DNA from: the human T2T-CHM13v2.0 reference genome, Homo sapiens
Direction: 5' to 3' (one strand)
DNA: 64,000 bases
NCBI RefSeq assembly: GCF_009914755.1
Contig: NC_060930.1
Position 1 is the stretch's first letter; each line of letters starts with the position of its first letter. Shown here piece by piece: positions 25,995 through 40,267 of this stretch. The notes under the pieces are model-generated. The model saw only the letters and a list, made by a program, of their open reading frames with translations, was not told the origin of the DNA and ran no database searches. Both the position numbers and the translations under genes were made by a program.

Positions 25995-28900
25995 TGCATT
26001 CCACACACACGGTGGACCATTTCTCTTGATAGAGCAGTTTTGAAACACTCTTTCTGTAGAATCTGCAAGTGGATAATTGGACCTCCGAGAGGCCTTCGTT
26101 GGAAACGGGATTTCTTCATCTAAACCTACAGAGAAGTATTCTCAGTAACTTCTTCGGATGTGTGCATTCGACGCACAGAATGGAACATTCCCTTTGATAG
26201 AGCAGTTTTGAGACACCGTTTTTGTAGAATTCCCAAGTGGATATTTAGAGCACTTTGAAGTCTCTGCTAGAAAAGGAAACATCATCATGTAAAAAGTAGA
26301 TAGAATCGTTCTCAGAAAGTGCTTAGTGTCGTGTGCGTTCAACTCACAGAGTTTAACGTTTCTTTTGATAGAGCGTTTCTGAAACACCCTTCTTGTAGTA
26401 GCTGCAAGTGGATATTTGGACCTATTGGAGGCCTTCTTTGGAAACGGGATTTCTTCATGTAACTCTAGATTGAAGAATTCTCAGAAACTCCTTTGTGATG
26501 TGTGCATTCAATTCAAAGAGTGAAACCTCTCTTTTCACAGAGCAGTTTTGAAACACTGTTTTTGTAGGATTTCCAAGGGGATATTTATAGCGCATTGAGC
26601 CTACGGCGGAAAAAGAAACATCTTCCTATAAAAACTAGACAGAATACTTCTCAGAATCTGCTTTGCGATGTGTGCGTTCAACTCACAGAGTAAAACTTTT
26701 CTTTTGATAGAGCAGTTTTGAAACACTCTTTTTGTAGTATTTGCATGTGTATATTTAGAGCGCATTGAAGCCCACAGTAGAAAAGGAAATAACTTCACCT
26801 AAAACCTAGACAGAAGCAATCTCAGAAACTACTTTGTGATGTGTACATTCAACTCACAGAGTGGAACTTTCCTCTTTATAGAGCAGTGTTGAAACACTCT
26901 TTTTGTAGAAACTGCAAGTGGATATTTGGACCTCTTTGAGGCCTTCGTTGGAAACGGGATTTCTTCCTATAACCCTAGACAGAAGAATTTTCAGAAACCT
27001 CATTGTGATGTGTGCGTTCATCTCACAGAGTGGAGTCTTCCGTTTGATAGAGAAGTTTTGAAACCCTGTTCTTGTAGGATTTCCAAGTGGATATTTAGAC
27101 CACTTTGAAGCCTATGATAGAAAAGGAAACATCTTCATGGAAAACATAGATAGAATCATCCTCAGAAACAACTTTGTGATGTGTGCGTTGAACTCACCGT
27201 CTTTAACCTTTCTTTTGGTAGAGAAGTTTTGAAACACTCTCTTTGTAAAGTCTACAAGTGGATATTTTGAGCCCTTGGAGGCATTCTTTGGAAAAGGGAA
27301 TGTCTTCACATAAAAGGCAGACGGAAGTGTTCTCAGAAACTGCTTTGTGATGTCTGTGTTCAACTCACAGAGTTTAACATTTCCTTTGATAGAGCGGTTT
27401 AGTAACCCTCTCTTTGTAGAATTTGGAAGTGTATACTAAGAGCGCTTTGAGGCCTATGGTAGAAAAGGAAATATCTTTCCATAAAAGCTAGACAGAAGCA
27501 ATCTCAGAAACTCCTCTGTGATGTCTGCATTCAACTCACCGAGTGGAACATTCCTCTTGATAGAGCAGTTTGGAAACACTCTTTCTGTAGAATCAGCTTG
27601 TTTGTATTTGGACCTCCTTGAGGCCTTCGTTGGAAACGGGTTTTCATCTTATAAACCCAGACAGAAGAATTCTCAGAGTCTTCTTTGTGATGTGTGCTTT
27701 CAACTCACCGAGATAAAGATTTCTCTTGATAGAGCAATTTGGAAACACTCTTTTTGTAGAATTTGCAAGGGTACATTGAGAGCGCTTTCAGGCCTATGGT
27801 AGAAAAGGGAATATCTTTCCATAAAAGGTAGACAGAAGCAATCTCAGAAACTACTTTGTGATGTGTGCATTCAACTCACCGAGTGCAACGTTCCTCTTGA
27901 CCGAGCAGTTTGGAAACATTGTTTCTGTAGAATCTGCAAGTGGATATTTGGACCTCTTTGAGGCCTTCGTTGGAAACGGGATTTCTTCCTATAAACCCAG
28001 ACAGAAGAATTCTCAGAGACTTCTTTGTGATGTGTGAATTCAACTCACAGTGTGGATCCTTCCTTTTGATAGAGCAGTTTTGAAACCCTGTTTTTGTAGT
28101 ATTTCCAAGCGGATATTCGGAACGCCTTGAAGCGTATGGTAGAAAAGGAAATATCTTCCCATAAAACCTAGACAGAACCAATCTCAGAAACGACTTTGTG
28201 ATGTCTGCATTCAAGTCACAGAGTTGAACATTTCTCTTGATAGAGCAGTTTTGAAACCCTCTTTCTGAAGGATCTGCAAGTGGATATTTGGAACTCCTTT
28301 GGGTCTTCGTTGGAAACGGGATTTCTTCGTATAAATCTAGACAGAAGAATTCTCCGAAACTTCTTTGGTTGTGTGCATTCAAGTCACAGAGTGGAACCTT
28401 CCTTTGGATAGAGCAGTTTGAAACGCCGTGGTTGTAGTATTTCCAAGCGGATATTAGAGCGCCTTGAGGCCTATGGTAGAAAAGGAAATATCTTCCCATA
28501 AAACCTAGACGGAAGCAATCTCAGAAACTACTGTGTGATGGCTGCATTCCACACACACGGTGGAACATTTCTCTTGATAGAGCAGTTTTGAAACACTCTT
28601 TCTGTAGAATCTGCAAGTGGATAATTGGACCGCCTTGAGGCCTTCGTTGGAAACGGGATTTCTTCATGTTACTCTAGATAGAAGAATTCTCAAACACTGC
28701 TATGTGATGTTTGCATTCAAGTCACAGAGTGCAACATTCCTCTTGGTAGAGCAGTTGGGAAACACTCCTTTTGTAGAATCTGCAATGGGATATTTGGACT
28801 TCTTTGAGGCCTTCGTTGGAAACGGGATTTCTTCGTATGAATCTAGACAGAAGAATTCTCAGAAACTTCCTTGTGATGTGTGCATTCAACTCAGCGAGTG

Positions 28901-29051
28901 GCACCTTCCTTTGGATACAGCAGTTTTGAAACACTGTTTTTGTAGTATTTCCAAGCGGATATTTAGAGCGCCTTGAAGCCTATGCTAGAAATGGAAATAT
29001 CTCCCCATAAAACCAAGACAGAAGCAATCTCAGAAACTAATGTGTGATGGC
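25995..29051 (+). repeat. HOR U10, 18-mer, haplotype B
   Basis: 3057-bp spacing; B alleles present. Confidence 0.95.
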
Positions 29052-31602
29052 TGCATTCCACACACACGGTGGACCATTTCTCTTGATAGAGCAGTTTTGA
29101 AACACTCTTTCTGTAGAATCTGCAAGTGGATAATTGGACCTCCTAGAGGCCTTCGTTGGAAACGGGATTTCTTCATCTAAACCTACAGAGAAGAATTCTC
29201 AGTAACTTCTTCGGATGTGTGCATTCGACGCACAGAATGGAACATTCCCTTTGATAGAGCAGTTTTGAGACACCGTTTTTGTAGAATTCCCAAGTGGATA
29301 TTTAGAGCACTTTGAAGTCTCTGCTAGAAAAGGAAACATCTTCATGTAAAAAGTAGATAGAATCGTTCTCAGAAAGTGCTTAGTGTCGTGTGCGTTCAAC
29401 TCACAGAGTTTAACGTTTCTTTTGATAGAGCGTTTCTGAAACACCCTTCTTGTAGTAGCTGCAAGTGGATATTTGGACCTATTGGAGGCCTTCTTTGGAA
29501 ATGGGATTTCTTCATGTAACTCTAGATTGAAGAGTTCTCAGAAACTCCTTTGTGATGTGTGCATTCAATTCAAAGAGTGAAACCTCCCTTTTCACAGAGC
29601 AGTTTTGAAACACTGTTTTTGTAGGATTTCCAAGGGGATATTTATAGCGCATTGAGCCTACGGCGGAAAAAGAAACATCTTCCTATAAAAACTAGACAGA
29701 ATACTTCTCAGAATCTGCTTTGCGATGTGTGCGTTCAACTCACAGAGTAAAACTTTTCTTTTGATAGAGCAGTTTTGAAACACTCTTTTTGTAGTATTTG
29801 CATGTGTATATTTAGAGCGCATTGAAGCCCACAGTAGAAAAGGAAATAACTTCACCTAAAACCTAGACAGAAGCAATCTCAGAAACTACTTTGTGATGTG
29901 TACATTCAACTCACAGAGTGGAACTTTCCTCTTTATAGAGCAGTGTTGAAACACTCTTTTTGTAGAAACTGCAAGTGGATATTTGGACCTCTTTGAGGCC
30001 TTCGTTGGAAACGGGATTTCTTCCTATAACCCTAGACAGAAGAATTTTCAGAAACCTCATTGTGATGTGTGCGTTCATCTCACAGAGTGGAGTCTTCCGT
30101 TTGATAGAGAAGTTTTGAAACCCTGTTCTTGTAGGATTTCCAAGTGGATATTTAGACCACTTTGAAGCCTATGATAGAAAAGGAAACATCTTCATGGAAA
30201 ACATAGATAGAATCATCCTCAGAAACAACTTTGTGATGTGTGCGTTGAACTCACCGTCTTTAACCTTTCTTTTGGTAGAGAAGTTTTGAAACACTCTCTT
30301 TGTAAAGTCTACAAGTGGATATTTTGAGCCCTTGGAGGCATTCTTTGGAAAAGGGAATGTCTTCACATAAAAGGCAGACGGAAGTGTTCTCAGAAACTGC
30401 TTTGTGATGTCTGTGTTCAACTCACAGAGTTTAACATTTCCTTTGATAGAGCGGTTTAGTAACCCTCTCTTTGTAGAATTTGGAAGTGTATACTAAGAGC
30501 GCTTTGAGGCCTATGGTAGAAAAGGAAATATCTTTCCATAAAAGCTAGACAGAAGCAATCTCAGAAACTCCTTTGCGATGTCTGCATTCAACTCACCGAG
30601 TGGAACATTCCTCTTGAGAGAGCAGTTTGGAAACACTCTTTCTGTAGAATCAGCTTGTTTGTATTTGGACCTCCTTGAGGCCTTCGTTGGAAACGGGTTT
30701 TCATCTTATAAACCCAGACAGAAGAATTCTCAGAGTCTTCTTTGTGATGTGTGCTTTCAACTCACCGAGATAAAGATTTCTCTTGATAGAGCAATTTGGA
30801 AACACTCTTTTTGTAGAATTTGCAAGGGTACATTGAGAGCGCTTTCAGGCCTATGGTAGAAAAGGGAATATCTTTCCATAAAAGGTAGACAGAAGCAATC
30901 TCAGAAACTACTTTGTGATGTGTGCATTCAACTCACCGAGTGCAACGTTCCTCTTGACCGAGCAGTTTGGAAACATTGTTTCTGTAGAATCTGCAAGTGG
31001 ATATTTGGACCTCTTTGAGGCCTTCGTTGGAAACGGGATTTCTTCCTATAAACCCAGACAGAAGAATTCTCAGAGACTTCTTTGTGATGTGTGAATTCAA
31101 CTCACAGTGTGGATCCTTCCTTTTGATAGAGCAGTTTTGAAACCCTGTTTTTGTAGTATTTCCAAGCGGATATTCGGAACGCCTTGAAGCGTATGGTAGA
31201 AAAGGAAATATCTTCCCATAAAACCTAGACAGAACCAATCTCAGAAACGACTTTGTGATGTCTGCATTCAAGTCACAGAGTTGAACATTTCTCTTGATAG
31301 AGCAGTTTTGAAACCCTCTTTCTGAAGGATCTGCAAGTGGATATTTGGAACTCCTTTGGGTCTTCGTTGGAAACGGGATTTCTTCGTATAAATCTAGACA
31401 GAAGAATTCTCAGAAACTTCCTTGTGATGTGTGCATTCAACTCAGCGAGTGGCACCTTCCTTTGGATACAGCAGTTTTGAAACACTGTTTTTGTAGTATT
31501 TCCAAGCGGATATTTAGAGCGCCTTGAAGCCTATGCTAGAAATGGAAATATCTCCCCATAAAACCAAGACGGAAGCAATCTCAGAAACTAATGTGTGATG
31601 GC
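29052..31602 (+). repeat. HOR U11, 15-mer deletion variant
   Basis: 2551-bp spacing; junction at 31391-31411. Confidence 0.95.
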
Positions 31603-34600
31603 TGCATTCCACACACACGGTGGACCATTTCTCTTGATAGAGCAGTTTTGAAACACTCTTTCTGTAGAATCTGCAAGTGGATAATTGGACCTCCGAGAGG
31701 CCTTCGTTGGAAACGGGATTTCTTCATCTAAACCTACAGAGAAGTATTCTCAGTAACTTCTTCGGATGTGTGCATTCGACGCACAGAATGGAACATTCCC
31801 TTTGATAGAGCAGTTTTGAGACACCGTTTTTGTAGAATTCCCAAGTGGATATTTAGAGCACTTTGAAGTCTCTGCTAGAAAAGGAAACATCATCATGTAA
31901 AAAGTAGATAGAATCGTTCTCAGAAAGTGCTTAGTGTCGTGTGCGTTCAACTCACAGAGTTTAACGTTTCTTTTGATAGAGCGTTTCTGAAACACCCTTC
32001 TTGTAGTAGCTGCAAGTGGATATTTGGACCTATTGGAGGCCTTCTTTGGAAACGGGATTTCTTCATGTAACTCTAGATTGAAGAATTCTCAGAAACTCCT
32101 TTGTGATGTGTGCATTCAATTCAAAGAGTGAAACCTCTCTTTTCACAGAGCAGTTTTGAAACACTGTTTTTGTAGGATTTCCAAGGGGATATTTATAGCG
32201 CATTGAGCCTACGGCGGAAAAAGAAACATCTTCCTATAAAAACTAGACAGAATACTTCTCAGAATCTGCTTTGCGATGTGTGCGTTCAACTCACAGAGTA
32301 AAACTTTTCTTTTGATAGAGCAGTTTTGAAACACTCTTTTTGTAGTATTTGCATGTGTATATTTAGAGCGCATTGAAGCCCACAGTAGAAAAGGAAATAA
32401 CTTCACCTAAAACCTAGACAGAAGCAATCTCAGAAACTACTTTGTGATGTGTACATTCAACTCACAGAGTGGAACTTTCCTCTTTATAGAGCAGTGTTGA
32501 AACACTCTTTTTGTAGAAACTGCAAGTGGATATTTGGACCTCTTTGAGGCCTTCGTTGGAAACGGGATTTCTTCCTATAACCCTAGACAGAAGAATTTTC
32601 AGAAACCTCATTGTGATGTGTGCGTTCATCTCACAGAGTGGAGTCTTCCGTTTGATAGAGAAGTTTTGAAACCCTGTTCTTGTAGGATTTCCAAGTGGAT
32701 ATTTAGACCACTTTGAAGCCTATGATAGAAAAGGAAACATCTTCATGGAAAACATAGATAGAATCATCCTCAGAAACAACTTTGTGATGTGTGCGTTGAA
32801 CTCACCGTCTTTAACCTTTCTTTTGGTAGAGAAGTTTTGAAACACTCTCTTTGTAAAGTCTACAAGTGGATATTTTGAGCCCTTGGAGGCATTCTTTGGA
32901 AAAGGGAATGTCTTCACATAAAAGGCAGACGGAAGTGTTCTCAGAAACTGCTTTGTGATGTCTGTGTTCAACTCACAGAGTTTAACATTTCCTTTGATAG
33001 AGCGGTTTAGTAACCCTCTCTTTGTAGAATTTGGAAGTGTATACTAAGAGCGCTTTGAGGCCTATGGTAGAAAAGGAAATATCTTTCCATAAAAGCTAGA
33101 CAGAAGCAATCTCAGAAACTCCTCTGTGATGTCTGCATTCAACTCACCGAGTGGAACATTCCTCTTGATAGAGCAGTTTGGAAACACTCTTTCTGTAGAA
33201 TCAGCTTGTTTGTATTTGGACCTCCTTGAGGCCTTCGTTGGAAACGGGTTTTCATCTTATAAACCCAGACAGAAGAATTCTCAGAGTCTTCTTTGTGATG
33301 TGTGCTTTCAACTCACCGAGATAAAGATTTCTCTTGATAGAGCAATTTGGAAACACTCTTTTTGTAGAATTTGCAAGGGTACATTGAGAGCGCTTTCAGG
33401 CCTATGGTAGAAAAGGGAATATCTTTCCATAAAAGGTAGACAGAAGCAATCTCAGAAACTACTTTGTGATGTGTGCATTCAACTCACCGAGTGCAACGTT
33501 CCTCTTGACCGAGCAGTTTGGAAACATTGTTTCTGTAGAATCTGCAAGTGGATATTTGGACCTCTTTGAGGCCTTCGTTGGAAACGGGATTTCTTCCTAT
33601 AAACCCAGACAGAAGAATTCTCAGAGACTTCTTTGTGATGTGTGAATTCAACTCACAGTGTGGATCCTTCCTTTTGATAGAGCAGTTTTGAAACCCTGTT
33701 TTTGTAGTATTTCCAAGCGGATATTCGGAACGCCTTGAAGCGTATGGTAGAAAAGGAAATATCTTCCCATAAAACCTAGACAGAACCAATCTCAGAAACG
33801 ACTTTGTGATGTCTGCATTCAAGTCACAGAGTTGAACATTTCTCTTGATAGAGCAGTTTTGAAACCCTCTTTCTGAAGGATCTGCAAGTGGATATTTGGA
33901 ACTCCTTTGGGTCTTCGTTGGAAACGGGATTTCTTCGTATAAATCTAGACAGAAGAATTCTCCGAAACTTCTTTGGTTGTGTGCATTCAAGTCACAGAGT
34001 GGAACCTTCCTTTGGATAGAGCAGTTTGAAACGCCGTGGTTGTAGTATTTCCAAGCGGATATTAGAGCGCCTTGAGGCCTATGGTAGAAAAGGAAATATC
34101 TTCCCATAAAACCTAGACGGAAGCAATCTCAGAAACTACTGTGTGATGGCTGCATTCCACACACACGGTGGAACATTTCTCTTGATAGAGCAGTTTTGAA
34201 ACACTCTTTCTGTAGAATCTGCAAGTGGATAATTGGACCGCCTTGAGGCCTTCGTTGGAAACGGGATTTCTTCATGTTACTCTAGATAGAAGAATTCTCA
34301 AACACTGCTATGTGATGTTTGCATTCAAGTCACAGAGTGCAACATTCCTCTTGGTAGAGCAGTTGGGAAACACTCCTTTTGTAGAATCTGCAATGGGATA
34401 TTTGGACTTCTTTGAGGCCTTCGTTGGAAACGGGATTTCTTCGTATGAATCTAGACAGAAGAATTCTCAGAAACTTCCTTGTGATGTGTGCATTCAACTC
34501 AGCGAGTGGCACCTTCCTTTGGATACAGCAGTTTTGAAACACTGTTTTTGTAGTATTTCCAAGCGGATATTTAGAGCGCCTTGAAGCCTATGCTAGAAAT

Positions 34601-37600
34601 GGAAATATCTCCCCATAAAACCAAGACGGAAGCAATCTCAGAAACTAATGTGTGATGGCTGCATTCCACACACACGGTGGACCATTTCTCTTGATAGAGC
34701 AGTTTTGAAACACTCTTTCTGTAGAATCTGCAAGTGGATAATTGGACCTCCGAGAGGCCTTCGTTGGAAACGGGATTTCTTCATCTAAACCTACAGAGAA
34801 GTATTCTCAGTAACTTCTTCGGATGTGTGCATTCGACGCACAGAATGGAACATTCCCTTTGATAGAGCAGTTTTGAGACACCGTTTTTGTAGAATTCCCA
34901 AGTGGATATTTAGAGCACTTTGAAGTCTCTGCTAGAAAAGGAAACATCATCATGTAAAAAGTAGATAGAATCGTTCTCAGAAAGTGCTTAGTGTCGTGTG
35001 CGTTCAACTCACAGAGTTTAACGTTTCTTTTGATAGAGCGTTTCTGAAACACCCTTCTTGTAGTAGCTGCAAGTGGATATTTGGACCTATTGGAGGCCTT
35101 CTTTGGAAACGGGATTTCTTCATGTAACTCTAGATTGAAGAATTCTCAGAAACTCCTTTGTGATGTGTGCATTCAATTCAAAGAGTGAAACCTCTCTTTT
35201 CACAGAGCAGTTTTGAAACACTGTTTTTGTAGGATTTCCAAGGGGATATTTATAGCGCATTGAGCCTACGGCGGAAAAAGAAACATCTTCCTATAAAAAC
35301 TAGACAGAATACTTCTCAGAATCTGCTTTGCGATGTGTGCGTTCAACTCACAGAGTAAAACTTTTCTTTTGATAGAGCAGTTTTGAAACACTCTTTTTGT
35401 AGTATTTGCATGTGTATATTTAGAGCGCATTGAAGCCCACAGTAGAAAAGGAAATAACTTCACCTAAAACCTAGACAGAAGCAATCTCAGAAACTACTTT
35501 GTGATGTGTACATTCAACTCACAGAGTGGAACTTTCCTCTTTATAGAGCAGTGTTGAAACACTCTTTTTGTAGAAACTGCAAGTGGATATTTGGACCTCT
35601 TTGAGGCCTTCGTTGGAAACGGGATTTCTTCCTATAACCCTAGACAGAAGAATTTTCAGAAACCTCATTGTGATGTGTGCGTTCATCTCACAGAGTGGAG
35701 TCTTCCGTTTGATAGAGAAGTTTTGAAACCCTGTTCTTGTAGGATTTCCAAGTGGATATTTAGACCACTTTGAAGCCTATGATAGAAAAGGAAACATCTT
35801 CATGGAAAACATAGATAGAATCATCCTCAGAAACAACTTTGTGATGTGTGCGTTGAACTCACCGTCTTTAACCTTTCTTTTGGTAGAGAAGTTTTGAAAC
35901 ACTCTCTTTGTAAAGTCTACAAGTGGATATTTTGAGCCCTTGGAGGCATTCTTTGGAAAAGGGAATGTCTTCACATAAAAGGCAGACGGAAGTGTTCTCA
36001 GAAACTGCTTTGTGATGTCTGTGTTCAACTCACAGAGTTTAACATTTCCTTTGATAGAGCGGTTTAGTAACCCTCTCTTTGTAGAATTTGGAAGTGTATA
36101 CTAAGAGCGCTTTGAGGCCTATGGTAGAAAAGGAAATATCTTTCCATAAAAGCTAGACAGAAGCAATCTCAGAAACTCCTCTGTGATGTCTGCATTCAAC
36201 TCACCGAGTGGAACATTCCTCTTGATAGAGCAGTTTGGAAACACTCTTTCTGTAGAATCAGCTTGTTTGTATTTGGACCTCCTTGAGGCCTTCGTTGGAA
36301 ACGGGTTTTCATCTTATAAACCCAGACAGAAGAATTCTCAGAGTCTTCTTTGTGATGTGTGCTTTCAACTCACCGAGATAAAGATTTCTCTTGATAGAGC
36401 AATTTGGAAACACTCTTTTTGTAGAATTTGCAAGGGTACATTGAGAGCGCTTTCAGGCCTATGGTAGAAAAGGGAATATCTTTCCATAAAAGGTAGACAG
36501 AAGCAATCTCAGAAACTACTTTGTGATGTGTGCATTCAACTCACCGAGTGCAACGTTCCTCTTGACCGAGCAGTTTGGAAACATTGTTTCTGTAGAATCT
36601 GCAAGTGGATATTTGGACCTCTTTGAGGCCTTCGTTGGAAACGGGATTTCTTCCTATAAACCCAGACAGAAGAATTCTCAGAGACTTCTTTGTGATGTGT
36701 GAATTCAACTCACAGTGTGGATCCTTCCTTTTGATAGAGCAGTTTTGAAACCCTGTTTTTGTAGTATTTCCAAGCGGATATTCGGAACGCCTTGAAGCGT
36801 ATGGTAGAAAAGGAAATATCTTCCCATAAAACCTAGACAGAACCAATCTCAGAAACGACTTTGTGATGTCTGCATTCAAGTCACAGAGTTGAACATTTCT
36901 CTTGATAGAGCAGTTTTGAAACCCTCTTTCTGAAGGATCTGCAAGTGGATATTTGGAACTCCTTTGGGTCTTCGTTGGAAACGGGATTTCTTCGTATAAA
37001 TCTAGACAGAAGAATTCTCCGAAACTTCTTTGGTTGTGTGCATTCAAGTCACAGAGTGGAACCTTCCTTTGGATAGAGCAGTTTGAAACGCCGTGGTTGT
37101 AGTATTTCCAAGCGGATATTAGAGCGCCTTGAGGCCTATGGTAGAAAAGGAAATATCTTCCCATAAAACCTAGACGGAAGCAATCTCAGAAACTACTGTG
37201 TGATGGCTGCATTCCACACACACGGTGGAACATTTCTCTTGATAGAGCAGTTTTGAAACACTCTTTCTGTAGAATCTGCAAGTGGATAATTGGACCGCCT
37301 TGAGGCCTTCGTTGGAAACGGGATTTCTTCATGTTACTCTAGATAGAAGAATTCTCAAACACTGCTATGTGATGTTTGCATTCAAGTCACAGAGTGCAAC
37401 ATTCCTCTTGGTAGAGCAGTTGGGAAACACTCCTTTTGTAGAATCTGCAATGGGATATTTGGACTTCTTTGAGGCCTTCGTTGGAAACGGGATTTCTTCG
37501 TATGAATCTAGACAGAAGAATTCTCAGAAACTTCCTTGTGATGTGTGCATTCAACTCAGCGAGTGGCACCTTCCTTTGGATACAGCAGTTTTGAAACACT

Positions 37601-37716
37601 GTTTTTGTAGTATTTCCAAGCGGATATTTAGAGCGCCTTGAAGCCTATGCTAGAAATGGAAATATCTCCCCATAAAACCAAGACAGAAGCAATCTCAGAA
37701 ACTAATGTGTGATGGC
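31603..37716 (+). repeat. HORs U12-U13, two haplotype-B 18-mers (starts 31603, 34660)
   Basis: Anchors 31750, 34807, 37864; both units carry the B alleles. Confidence 0.95.
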
Positions 37717-40267
37717 TGCATTCCACACACACGGTGGACCATTTCTCTTGATAGAGCAGTTTTGAAACACTCTTTCTGTAGAATCTGCAAGTGGATAATT
37801 GGACCTCCTAGAGGCCTTCGTTGGAAACGGGATTTCTTCATCTAAACCTACAGAGAAGAATTCTCAGTAACTTCTTCGGATGTGTGCATTCGACGCACAG
37901 AATGGAACATTCCCTTTGATAGAGCAGTTTTGAGACACCGTTTTTGTAGAATTCCCAAGTGGATATTTAGAGCACTTTGAAGTCTCTGCTAGAAAAGGAA
38001 ACATCTTCATGTAAAAAGTAGATAGAATCGTTCTCAGAAAGTGCTTAGTGTCGTGTGCGTTCAACTCACAGAGTTTAACGTTTCTTTTGATAGAGCGTTT
38101 CTGAAACACCCTTCTTGTAGTAGCTGCAAGTGGATATTTGGACCTATTGGAGGCCTTCTTTGGAAATGGGATTTCTTCATGTAACTCTAGATTGAAGAGT
38201 TCTCAGAAACTCCTTTGTGATGTGTGCATTCAATTCAAAGAGTGAAACCTCCCTTTTCACAGAGCAGTTTTGAAACACTGTTTTTGTAGGATTTCCAAGG
38301 GGATATTTATAGCGCATTGAGCCTACGGCGGAAAAAGAAACATCTTCCTATAAAAACTAGACAGAATACTTCTCAGAATCTGCTTTGCGATGTGTGCGTT
38401 CAACTCACAGAGTAAAACTTTTCTTTTGATAGAGCAGTTTTGAAACACTCTTTTTGTAGTATTTGCATGTGTATATTTAGAGCGCATTGAAGCCCACAGT
38501 AGAAAAGGAAATAACTTCACCTAAAACCTAGACAGAAGCAATCTCAGAAACTACTTTGTGATGTGTACATTCAACTCACAGAGTGGAACTTTCCTCTTTA
38601 TAGAGCAGTGTTGAAACACTCTTTTTGTAGAAACTGCAAGTGGATATTTGGACCTCTTTGAGGCCTTCGTTGGAAACGGGATTTCTTCCTATAACCCTAG
38701 ACAGAAGAATTTTCAGAAACCTCATTGTGATGTGTGCGTTCATCTCACAGAGTGGAGTCTTCCGTTTGATAGAGAAGTTTTGAAACCCTGTTCTTGTAGG
38801 ATTTCCAAGTGGATATTTAGACCACTTTGAAGCCTATGATAGAAAAGGAAACATCTTCATGGAAAACATAGATAGAATCATCCTCAGAAACAACTTTGTG
38901 ATGTGTGCGTTGAACTCACCGTCTTTAACCTTTCTTTTGGTAGAGAAGTTTTGAAACACTCTCTTTGTAAAGTCTACAAGTGGATATTTTGAGCCCTTGG
39001 AGGCATTCTTTGGAAAAGGGAATGTCTTCACATAAAAGGCAGACGGAAGTGTTCTCAGAAACTGCTTTGTGATGTCTGTGTTCAACTCACAGAGTTTAAC
39101 ATTTCCTTTGATAGAGCGGTTTAGTAACCCTCTCTTTGTAGAATTTGGAAGTGTATACTAAGAGCGCTTTGAGGCCTATGGTAGAAAAGGAAATATCTTT
39201 CCATAAAAGCTAGACAGAAGCAATCTCAGAAACTCCTCTGCGATGTCTGCATTCAACTCACCGAGTGGAACATTCCTCTTGAGAGAGCAGTTTGGAAACA
39301 CTCTTTCTGTAGAATCAGCTTGTTTGTATTTGGACCTCCTTGAGGCCTTCGTTGGAAACGGGTTTTCATCTTATAAACCCAGACAGAAGAATTCTCAGAG
39401 TCTTCTTTGTGATGTGTGCTTTCAACTCACCGAGATAAAGATTTCTCTTGATAGAGCAATTTGGAAACACTCTTTTTGTAGAATTTGCAAGGGTACATTG
39501 AGAGCGCTTTCAGGCCTATGGTAGAAAAGGGAATATCTTTCCATAAAAGGTAGACAGAAGCAATCTCAGAAACTACTTTGTGATGTGTGCATTCAACTCA
39601 CCGAGTGCAACGTTCCTCTTGACCGAGCAGTTTGGAAACATTGTTTCTGTAGAATCTGCAAGTGGATATTTGGACCTCTTTGAGGCCTTCGTTGGAAACG
39701 GGATTTCTTCCTATAAACCCAGACAGAAGAATTCTCAGAGACTTCTTTGTGATGTGTGAATTCAACTCACAGTGTGGATCCTTCCTTTTGATAGAGCAGT
39801 TTTGAAACCCTGTTTTTGTAGTATTTCCAAGCGGATATTTGGAACGCCTTGAAGCGTATGGTAGAAAAGGAAATATCTTCCCATAAAACCTAGACAGAAC
39901 CAATCTCAGAAACGACTTTGTGATGTCTGCATTCAAGTCACAGAGTTGAACATTTCTCTTGATAGAGCAGTTTTGAAACCCTCTTTCTGAAGGATCTGCA
40001 AGTGGATATTTGGAACTCCTTTGGGTCTTCGTTGGAAACGGGATTTCTTCGTATAAATCTAGACAGAAGAATTCTCAGAAACTTCCTTGTGATGTGTGCA
40101 TTCAACTCAGCGAGTGGCACCTTCCTTTGGATACAGCAGTTTTGAAACACTGTTTTTGTAGTATTTCCAAGCGGATATTTAGAGCGCCTTGAAGCCTATG
40201 CTAGAAATGGAAATATCTCCCCATAAAACCAAGACGGAAGCAATCTCAGAAACTAATGTGTGATGGC
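37717..40267 (+). repeat. HOR U14, 15-mer deletion variant
   Basis: 2551-bp spacing; junction at 40056-40076. Confidence 0.95.
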
